Shown in pieces: positions 7,981 to 14,973 of a stretch of 32,000 bases of DNA. Position 1 is the stretch's first letter. Every line of letters starts with the position of its first letter. Source of the DNA: Ruegeria phage vB_RpoP-V12; sequence record NC_049435.1, one strand, 5' to 3'. The notes under the pieces are model-generated. The model made no database searches. It was not told where the DNA came from and saw only the letters and a program-made list of their open reading frames with translations. The position numbers and the translations under genes are program-made.

Positions 7981-8477
7981 GCGATCTAAACCTCAATGCA
8001 GTCTTTGGTCCTCAGTATGAGATTGTCATCACCAACGACACTGTTGGTGTATCAGACAATTTTGACCTCACTCTTGAGGTATCTGAACCACTGAGAATCG
8101 CTGTTGGGACTGGGTACAACATCAACCAGACTTCCACAGGTACTCTGGATGTCCGAATCATCGCACTAGAGCCTGTAGGGGCTTATCGTGCTGTTGGTTA
8201 CGATGGGATGTATACCCAACCTGACGTAGACAGTCTGGCAGCCTATGCCGGAGTCACACGGATGGCCACAGTTGCTGGCGATCCTATCAATGTGGTCCGG
8301 TCGGGCCTCATGACTGAAGGTGCGTGGAACTGGACACCAAATGCTCCAATCTTTATTGCAGCAAATGGTGTTCTCACGCAAACTCAACCTACTGCTGGGA
8401 ACCCCGTCCGAAGGATCGGTTGGGCAATTTCTGCGACAGAACTCAACCTCGATCCTTATCCCATCATAGGAGTATAA
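7977..8477 (+). CDS. hypothetical fibre/decoration-like protein, paralogous to the C-terminal part of the next gene
   Basis: ATGA overlap with the upstream gene. Its C-terminal segment GDPINVVRSG...PVRRIGWAISATELNLDP aligns by eye with GANATVYWGG...VVQKVGIAVSSTTLIFNP of 8717-8998. Confidence 0.6.
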   Translation: MSDLNLNAVFGPQYEIVITNDTVGVSDNFDLTLEVSEPLRIAVGTGYNINQTSTGTLDVRIIALEPVGAYRAVGYDGMYTQPDVDSLAAYAGVTRMATVAGDPINVVRSGLMTEGAWNWTPNAPIFIAANGVLTQTQPTAGNPVRRIGWAISATELNLDPYPIIGV

Positions 8478-8480
8478 CAG

Positions 8481-8720
8481 ATGCCTGATAAGTACCTCCA
8501 ACACGATGCCGCTGGCGGTTTCCGCGAAGTGGAAGCTGTAGCGACTGGTGGAGCGGGACAGGCCAACAAGATCCCTGCCTTGGACTTGTCCGGTCGTCTC
8601 GATTCTACCATGATGCCTACGGGTATTGGTGCTGAAACCAGTATCGTACCTTCATTCAGTGCTCTTGCAGCGGGTGATCTCGTCCTCTCAAGGCTAACGT
8701 CTACAATGACGTTGGTGTGA
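8481..8720 (+). CDS. tail-fibre-like protein, N-terminal fragment (frame-disrupted gene, see findings)
   Basis: The motif AGQANKIPALDLSGRLDSTMMP is the kind of 'GK-I-x-LD-x-x-G-x-LD' segment I associate with phage fibre proteins. The frame ends 13 codons after ALAAGDLV, while the natural continuation is in the -1 frame. Confidence 0.55.
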   Translation: MPDKYLQHDAAGGFREVEAVATGGAGQANKIPALDLSGRLDSTMMPTGIGAETSIVPSFSALAAGDLVLSRLTSTMTLV

Positions 8721-8998
8721 TGCGTGCTCGTAAAGCAGACGCCTCAAACGCTACTGCCCCTGCCAATGGCTTTGTTCTGGCTGCTGTTGCAGACGGTGCC
8801 AACGCCACTGTCTACTGGGGTGGTATTAATGGTCAGCGTACAGGTATGACCCCCGGTCAGCATTACCTGTCAACGACTGCTGGGCTTTCCAACCACGTTG
8901 CTCCGTCTACGGCAGGTAACGTCGTGCAGAAAGTTGGTATCGCAGTGAGTTCCACTACGCTGATCTTCAACCCGCAAGATCCAATCTTGCTGGCCTAA
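8717..8998 (+). CDS. tail-fibre-like protein, C-terminal fragment
   Basis: This frame is already open from 8678 and reads SRPLKANVYNDVGVMRARKADAS before the nominal GTG/ATG start. No independent SD is present. It is a homologue of the C-terminus of 7977-8477. Confidence 0.55.
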   Translation: MMRARKADASNATAPANGFVLAAVADGANATVYWGGINGQRTGMTPGQHYLSTTAGLSNHVAPSTAGNVVQKVGIAVSSTTLIFNPQDPILLA

Positions 8999-9016
8999 GC
9001 GAAAAAGGGTGTCCCC

Positions 9017-9415
9017 ATGGCTGAACAACGTGCTCTTGTCCTCATTGATGGACAGATCCAAGAACTTCCGATTGGGGACACTCTCACTGGTGCTTCTGGA
9101 TCTACTATGGTTCAGACAGAAATCACTGATGTTGCCTATTCCACAGTGAATGGCGACTTCTCAGGTAACGTCATTCGTCGCATGAACAATGGATCTGCTC
9201 AAACCATTACCATTGAACCAAGCATGACAGGAGGTCAGCCTGTAACCTTCATTCGTGTTGGTACAGGGGCTGTCAGCTTCGCAGCAGGGGCTGGAGTGAC
9301 CATTCACAGTGCTGGGGGTAATCTGTCCATTGCAGACAGATATGGCTCTGCTACGCTCGTTCCAGACGCTACCACAGCAGATACCTATTACCTCATCGGG
9401 AACCTGACGACATGA
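9017..9415 (+). CDS. hypothetical fibre-associated protein
   Basis: 132 codons, + strand, with ATGA overlap to the next gene. The Gly/Thr/Ser-rich beta-type composition is like neighbouring fibre-like genes. Confidence 0.6.
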   Translation: MAEQRALVLIDGQIQELPIGDTLTGASGSTMVQTEITDVAYSTVNGDFSGNVIRRMNNGSAQTITIEPSMTGGQPVTFIRVGTGAVSFAAGAGVTIHSAGGNLSIADRYGSATLVPDATTADTYYLIGNLTT

Positions 9416-10038
9416 TGAATGCTCTTCTTGGTTCAGTCTCATATGCAGCAATGAGTTCAGGCGGTCCTCCTCCGGCTCCTGTTCTCAATCTCATTTCTGC
9501 TCGGTATTGGAGAATTAACAATCTGGTCTACAATACCTCTGGTACTCAAATCAATGGACTAACCTTTGGTACAGGTGAGTCATTGGCTGCTACTCTTAAT
9601 CCAGTATCAATCACCAATGATACTGGAGATGTAACTGCTACTTTCAATAAAACTGTTCAAACAAATCCAAGACCAGCATTGTCTTTGGCAAATATTGATG
9701 CAGTTACCTTTTTTGATTTTGACTTCGGAGAACCAGTAACTCCAACTGTGTTTTCAATTTGGGGCCATGAATGGGATACTGATAACATCGTATCCTTCAA
9801 TATGTCCTATTCTTCTGATGGAACAAATTGGACACTCTTGCTTACCTCATTCGCAACCGATTTCTTCACAAAATGGAGTGGTGTTAGTACAGACAGCGTA
9901 GAAATCAAACTACGAATCATCCCACCAACAAATGGTACATTTGTATCCAATGCTCATCAAAATGTCATTCTTGGTCGTAGATCAAATGCTGTGTTTAACC
10001 TGACAGCCAAAATCTATGTCATCTCTCTTCCAGAATAA
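9412..10038 (+). CDS. putative carbohydrate-binding protein (discoidin / galactose-binding-like beta-sandwich)
   Basis: ARYWRI near the N-terminus and FDFDFGEPVTPTVFSIWG ... FNMSYSSDGTNWTLL resemble F5/8 type C domain hallmarks. The assignment is by eye only. It is AT-rich. Confidence 0.55.
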   Translation: MMNALLGSVSYAAMSSGGPPPAPVLNLISARYWRINNLVYNTSGTQINGLTFGTGESLAATLNPVSITNDTGDVTATFNKTVQTNPRPALSLANIDAVTFFDFDFGEPVTPTVFSIWGHEWDTDNIVSFNMSYSSDGTNWTLLLTSFATDFFTKWSGVSTDSVEIKLRIIPPTNGTFVSNAHQNVILGRRSNAVFNLTAKIYVISLPE

Positions 10039-10049
10039 AGGAAATCATC

Positions 10050-11045
10050 ATGACCATCTATCTGGCAACCAATGACATCAATGATTTTGGTGGAATCACA
10101 GATGGTGTAACAACCAATACTAATTTCTTTGATTCTACTTATGTCGATTCAGCAATCATCATGAAAACCCAAGATTCAGGTCAATTTCCTACTCATGTAG
10201 GACATTCTTTCAGTGTTTCAGGGGATAATCAAGCATGGGTTCATTTTGATTTGTACATGCCTACAACAAACTCAAGTATCGTTGATGGAAGTTTTATCAC
10301 ATGGATTGACAACGATGGTAATCGGGCTGTCAGTTCTTCTTTCGTCAATGGTAACTTGATTTGTACAATCTATAATGGGGCAAATGCAAACATAGCCAAT
10401 GCAATAGGTTTTTTCTTGCCTGCTGGATTGGCTACTTATGACATGGTTTATGAAGATGATGGAACCAACATCAATTTCACTATCTATGTGAATGGTGTCA
10501 TATTCTTGGCACTTACTAGAGCAGCTTCAGCTACAAAACGGATTCCTACTTCTTTTACGTGGGATAACATTGATGCTGGTCTTAGTGGTAATTTCAGCTA
10601 TGTCAGTCAACTGATCATGGCTAATGAATCTACCATTGGAATGAAACTTCAATCCATCAACCCAAGTGCAGTTGGTAATTATACTAATCTCTCAGCAACT
10701 GTTACTGAAGTAACAGATGGAAACCAAATCACTGGTTGGATCGGGGAAACGGCTGCTGATAAACAGAGTTTTGTGACCTCTGGGTATTCACTCCCAGCGG
10801 GCCGAATTGTTCATTCTGTTTTTCCGGGATTTGATCTACGTTTTGGTCCTACCGGACCACAGCAAATTCGACCATTCGTTCGAATTGGTGGCGTAGATTA
10901 CAACGCTCCTGCGGACATGCAACCTCTACCGAGAACCAAACGAGGTCTATTGGGGTATGCGTGGACTACAAATCCAGCAACTGGATTGCCTTGGACTGGT
11001 GCTGAAATCGCAGCCCTAGAAGCAGGCTACGAATTAAAAGCATGA
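10050..11045 (+). CDS. hypothetical protein, possible lectin/LamG-like jelly-roll adhesin
   Basis: 331 codons, with AGGAAA upstream of the ATG. It has a beta-rich N/T/S/G composition. G+C is about 32-38% for the first ~230 codons and about 50% for the last ~100. Confidence 0.6.
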   Translation: MTIYLATNDINDFGGITDGVTTNTNFFDSTYVDSAIIMKTQDSGQFPTHVGHSFSVSGDNQAWVHFDLYMPTTNSSIVDGSFITWIDNDGNRAVSSSFVNGNLICTIYNGANANIANAIGFFLPAGLATYDMVYEDDGTNINFTIYVNGVIFLALTRAASATKRIPTSFTWDNIDAGLSGNFSYVSQLIMANESTIGMKLQSINPSAVGNYTNLSATVTEVTDGNQITGWIGETAADKQSFVTSGYSLPAGRIVHSVFPGFDLRFGPTGPQQIRPFVRIGGVDYNAPADMQPLPRTKRGLLGYAWTTNPATGLPWTGAEIAALEAGYELKA

Positions 11046-11052
11046 GGTACAT

Positions 11053-11283
11053 ATGCTCCCAGTCACTCCAATAAAACCTGTCACTCGGTTGGACCGCATC
11101 CTTCCGAGTGACCTTTACTATGCTGTCGATACTCAACAGCACCCCTTGAGATATCTTCATCTCTGTGGCACGAAGCTCACTCACGACAAGAACTATGCTT
11201 GGTATGGAACCAAGAGACAGTTCAGAAACCTCTGTCGTGAGTATGAATGGGATGCACTCTTACTCATCAATCGTCCAAAGTAA
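11053..11283 (+). CDS. hypothetical protein
   Basis: GAGGT lies 5 nt upstream of ATG 11053; 76 codons. No motif recognised. Confidence 0.5.
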   Translation: MLPVTPIKPVTRLDRILPSDLYYAVDTQQHPLRYLHLCGTKLTHDKNYAWYGTKRQFRNLCREYEWDALLLINRPK

Positions 11284-11336
11284 GAATGCCCTGACTTTCT
11301 TTCGTTGGGTGTGTCTCCAATCAGAAAGGAACAGAT

Positions 11337-11879
11337 ATGTTTACCCAACAACTCCCCGCTGAGGTCTTCCGTCTTCAACGGGAATTCATCAAAGCAATGG
11401 GTGGTAAGCTCGACTTCGCTTGGGCTGCTGAAACTCTCGTTGCTGAAGAAGTCAAAGAACTTCGTGAAGCCTTCCAGAAGCCCGAACTCTCAGACGAGAA
11501 CATCGGTGAGATCTTCAAAGAACTCTCTGATGTGATCTATGTCGTGGCTCACTTCTACAACGTGATGCCCATCTACGCTCCAGATGTCATCTCTGATGAG
11601 CGGAACCAGAAGATCCAGTCCATCCTTGATGAAGCTGCTGTTCTGGTCTCCGAGGTATGTCAGAAGCTCCGTATCCCTCTCCCGCTGCTGCTGGCAGCCT
11701 ATGAGCGTGTCCATGCCTCGAACATGAGCAAGCTGGGTGAAGACGGCAAGCCTGTCTACCGTGAAGATGGTAAGGTCACAAAGGGACCGAACTACGCCAA
11801 ACCGGACATGACTCCGGTGGTGGATGCTTGGAAGCAATTCCAACGCAATGAAGCAGAAGTGAACCAAGGAGCAGAATAA
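11337..11879 (+). CDS. mazG: MazG-like nucleoside triphosphate pyrophosphohydrolase
   Basis: The metal-binding helices are LVAEEVKELREA (ExxE) and FKELSDVIYV (ExxD). The C-terminal SNMSKLGEDGKPVYREDGKVTKGPNY is typical of phage MazG-type proteins. Confidence 0.8.
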   Translation: MFTQQLPAEVFRLQREFIKAMGGKLDFAWAAETLVAEEVKELREAFQKPELSDENIGEIFKELSDVIYVVAHFYNVMPIYAPDVISDERNQKIQSILDEAAVLVSEVCQKLRIPLPLLLAAYERVHASNMSKLGEDGKPVYREDGKVTKGPNYAKPDMTPVVDAWKQFQRNEAEVNQGAE

Positions 11880-12197
11880 ATGCTGAGATCGTTGAGTGAT
11901 TCTGATTTCCAACTAGAAGTCAGACAACATCCTGACCCCATCATCATCATGTTTACGGGGTCTTGGTGTCAGCCATGCAAAAAGATGAAACCAACCTTTG
12001 AAGAGATGGCCTCTCAAATGGAAGGTGACATCCGATTTGCATATATGGATGCTGAAGATGCCGAAAAAACCATGGCAGAACTCAACATCCGCACTCTGCC
12101 TTCTTTGGCTTTGTTCGTGGATGGAATGATTCGAGAAGTCTTTTCTGGAACCATGAACAAGTCTGATCTTCGTTACTGGATCAACAACAACATCTGA
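11880..12197 (+). CDS. trx: thioredoxin
   Basis: The active site is WCQPCK (CxxC) in a 105-aa protein, with a downstream cis-Pro context (RTLPSLALF). ATG directly follows the mazG stop. Confidence 0.9.
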   Translation: MLRSLSDSDFQLEVRQHPDPIIIMFTGSWCQPCKKMKPTFEEMASQMEGDIRFAYMDAEDAEKTMAELNIRTLPSLALFVDGMIREVFSGTMNKSDLRYWINNNI

Positions 12198-12313
12198 GAT
12201 TCAACTCTCAGGCTGGATGGACCTCTGTGTGAGGAGAAGCTACAGATTCGTTTCACTAACCAGAGTGGCCTATCCAAGTGATACCGAAGCAGCCTGAGAT
12301 GTTCGGATAGAGA

Positions 12314-12345
12314 CCCCCTGCTGGTAGTGCGGCAGGGGGTTTTTT
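12314..12345 (+). terminator. rho-independent terminator
   Basis: CCCCCTGC (12314-12321) pairs with GCAGGGGG (12332-12339) and is followed by TTTTTT (12340-12345). Confidence 0.8.
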
Positions 12346-12366
12346 CATTTTGAAAGGAGAAGACCA

Positions 12367-12855
12367 ATGCAAGTTCTTAACGGTGGTGACTTCGACCAGA
12401 AAAACGTACTGATCGGGGGGACCGGAAAGACTGAGAGCTTCGGGGTCACAAATGATCCCGTGCTCATGGGCATGTTGTCCACTGGCCTCTACCAGAAGCC
12501 AATGCGAACCATGATCCAAGAGACGATGTTCAATGCTTGGGATGCTCACCGCATGGGCAAGTGCCAAGACAAAGCCATCGACATCTACATCAACGATACC
12601 TCGGGCCTGATCATTCGTGACTATGGTCCGGGTATCCACAAGAATGAGATTCATCCCATTTACTGCATCTATGGGAACTCGACCAAACGCAACAACGATG
12701 AACTGACAGGTGGTTTTGGACTTGGTTCCAAATCTCCTTATGCCTATGCAGACAGCTTCACGGTGACATCTCACCATGATGGCTTCAAAGGCATGTACAT
12801 CATGAATCGTGTCTCTGAAGAAAACCAAGGTGGACCGGGACGTTCCTACTCCTGA
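12367..12855 (+). CDS. rIIA: rIIA-like protein, N-terminal fragment (GHKL ATPase-like domain)
   Basis: Bergerat-fold boxes are present: ETMFNAWDAH (N box), IRDYGPGI (G1) and GGFGLGSKSPYAY (G2). The last closely resembles my recollection of T4 rIIA (GGFGLGSKSPFSY). The frame stops at 12855 while homology continues in the +1 frame. Confidence 0.8.
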   Translation: MQVLNGGDFDQKNVLIGGTGKTESFGVTNDPVLMGMLSTGLYQKPMRTMIQETMFNAWDAHRMGKCQDKAIDIYINDTSGLIIRDYGPGIHKNEIHPIYCIYGNSTKRNNDELTGGFGLGSKSPYAYADSFTVTSHHDGFKGMYIMNRVSEENQGGPGRSYS

Positions 12856-14158
12856 GTCTGGGCTGGTAGTTACCATCCCTCTCAAGAACGACAATGACAT
12901 GACTCGTGCCTACGAGTGCATCAAAGACATCCTCTATCTGTCTGGAATCAAAGCAAGAATTCACTTCAAGGACGAAGAACCTGAAGAGATCTTTGCTGAT
13001 TCTATTCCTGCTGGTGAATGGATTGTCGATGAAGAAAACCACAAAGGACAGCTTTTTGCTGTCTATGGTGGGGTTCGGTATGAGATCATCAACGATGATG
13101 CCTATGCAGATGAGTATCGTTTTGTTCGCAAAATGGCAAACCTTCTGGGCAATATGTACATCGGATTCAAGGCTTCGACTCTGACGCCTCTTCCGAGTCG
13201 TGAAGGTCTCAACCTGAACGAACGTACTGTAGCTACCATCAAAAATCAGCTTGAGGTGATGGAAGAAAACTTCCGTCAGATGCTACTTCCAGTAACACGA
13301 GCAGTCTTGAACGAATCGTTCAAATCTCTCTGTGAATCTGGCATCGAACCCAAGTATCTTGTGGAAGCATGGTATCGTGTTGGTGATCGCAAATCTCTCA
13401 AAGAAATCACAGATGTTGGTCATCCCATCATCAGTGCAGCGAAAGAGCAATGCTCTGAATCCATGAACCAATCCATGTGGAATAGTCTGTGTGAACTGGC
13501 TTTCACTCGGACCAGAGATGTCTACTCAATGATTGGTGGTGAGAAACTCAGCACCATGAAGTACATCATCTGGGCCAAGAAATTCCCCCAGCACACTCAC
13601 TACAAAGACTATCTCATGGGTCGGATGTCTACTCGATCCAAGGTCTACAAGACTCCCTTTATGCACGAAGCTCCAGTCTCAATGGCTGAACTCATCACTG
13701 CAAAGCAAATCTGTGATGCAGCGTCAAACCAAGACACTGATATTCGAGTAGCATATCGTGACACTTGGGAACCTGTTTCCAACCGTCGTAAGGCTGGTAA
13801 ACTTCAGGGTCTTTCGTACTCCAAACAGAAAATTGCTTCGGCTCTTCTCAAAGAGAACAAGCTCAAGTTTCCGGATGCGAAATATCCTGATCGTCTTTGG
13901 TTCAAGAAAGACGGTGAAGAGTTCCACGACGTGCTTCTCACTCGAACTGTGATTCTCGCCAAGACAATCACTGCTCTGAAGGAAACCCGATTCCAGTTTC
14001 AGGCCATGTTCACTGCAAACTACCCAACAGTAAGTAATTACCACAACTTCCACAGAAGCAACTTTGAAGAGCAATACTACAATGCCAACCAATGTCCTGT
14101 GGCAGCCATTATCGTTCACCAACGTAATGGAGGCTATGACAACGAATGGAGGCTATGA
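12809..14158 (+). CDS. rIIA: rIIA-like protein, central fragment
   Basis: GLVVTIPL, LFAVYGGVRYEI and TLTPLPSREGLNLNERT parallel T4 rIIA segments (GIEIVVPV, LYAIYGGIVYPI, LDIAPSREALSLDDRT, from memory). The frame is open from 12806. It terminates inside the second copy of the 19-bp duplication. Confidence 0.75.
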   Translation: MSLKKTKVDRDVPTPESGLVVTIPLKNDNDMTRAYECIKDILYLSGIKARIHFKDEEPEEIFADSIPAGEWIVDEENHKGQLFAVYGGVRYEIINDDAYADEYRFVRKMANLLGNMYIGFKASTLTPLPSREGLNLNERTVATIKNQLEVMEENFRQMLLPVTRAVLNESFKSLCESGIEPKYLVEAWYRVGDRKSLKEITDVGHPIISAAKEQCSESMNQSMWNSLCELAFTRTRDVYSMIGGEKLSTMKYIIWAKKFPQHTHYKDYLMGRMSTRSKVYKTPFMHEAPVSMAELITAKQICDAASNQDTDIRVAYRDTWEPVSNRRKAGKLQGLSYSKQKIASALLKENKLKFPDAKYPDRLWFKKDGEEFHDVLLTRTVILAKTITALKETRFQFQAMFTANYPTVSNYHNFHRSNFEEQYYNANQCPVAAIIVHQRNGGYDNEWRL

Positions 14159-14163
14159 CAACG
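14126..14163 (+). repeat. perfect 19-bp tandem duplication (2 x AATGGAGGCTATGACAACG)
   Basis: Read directly: 14126-14144 is identical to 14145-14163. 19 is not a multiple of 3. NGGYDN is encoded by copy 1 in the upstream frame and by copy 2 in the downstream frame. Confidence 0.95.
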
Positions 14164-14954
14164 CTCTCAAGGCTTTGTCTGACGCTGGGTACATGGTCTA
14201 CGAAGCAGATGAACCAGAAGCTCGTACACGGACTGTAAAGCCTGTGGCAGCCAATGGTGTTATGGTTGCAAAAGAGGTCATCACCTATCCTCTGGTCAAC
14301 CTGAGCAATGCTGATTGGGCTGATTGGAACAACTCAGTCGAAAACCCTACCTGCTATATCTGTGTCACTGAACACAAGGTACGGCATGAGTATTCTTCTG
14401 ACAAACCAAGTACCAGACTTGTTGGATGGGTGAGTGAAAATACTCCTCGATTCGTCATCCTGCACAACAAAGCTCGTGCAGGTCGTCTTGAAAAGAAGGA
14501 CATCCCTTCTTTTGAAGTGAAGATCCACCAACTGGTGGAAAAAATCCTTGCAGATCAGGACCGTGTAAATCGTATGGTTCTGCACAGCATCTTCAAAGAC
14601 CATTCAGATCTTCCTTCCGAACTGCGTGATCTTCCTGAAGTGCAGAAGTTCTTCAAGGTTCCCTATGTCAGAAACAGCCAAAAGGACGCTTTTGCTCGTG
14701 ACATGAATGTGCTCGTTGAAATCGAAAACATGCAGCGTTACGGCAATGACTGGGTACATCGTGACACAATTCAGTTGGTCAAAGACTCGATGAATGTGGC
14801 CCGAAATACCGACTCTGTTCTTTTGGTTCGTAAGATGACCAAAAAGACGAAACTCTTGAATGAGTATGAACTGAGAAACCACCTCTCTGGGCTTAAACCG
14901 GGAGAGGTTAAATGCTTCTCAGAAAAGCTCCTACGCTTCTTGCGTACTGTTTGA
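14127..14954 (+). CDS. rIIA: rIIA-like protein, C-terminal fragment
   Basis: This frame continues the upstream ORF exactly if one 19-bp copy is removed (…VHQRNGGYDN|ALKALSDAGY…). Possible starts are TTG 14064, ATG 14082 and ATG 14127, and none has an obvious SD. Confidence 0.7.
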   Translation: MEAMTTNGGYDNALKALSDAGYMVYEADEPEARTRTVKPVAANGVMVAKEVITYPLVNLSNADWADWNNSVENPTCYICVTEHKVRHEYSSDKPSTRLVGWVSENTPRFVILHNKARAGRLEKKDIPSFEVKIHQLVEKILADQDRVNRMVLHSIFKDHSDLPSELRDLPEVQKFFKVPYVRNSQKDAFARDMNVLVEIENMQRYGNDWVHRDTIQLVKDSMNVARNTDSVLLVRKMTKKTKLLNEYELRNHLSGLKPGEVKCFSEKLLRFLRTV

Positions 14955-14973
14955 TCAAACGAAAGGACGAAGC

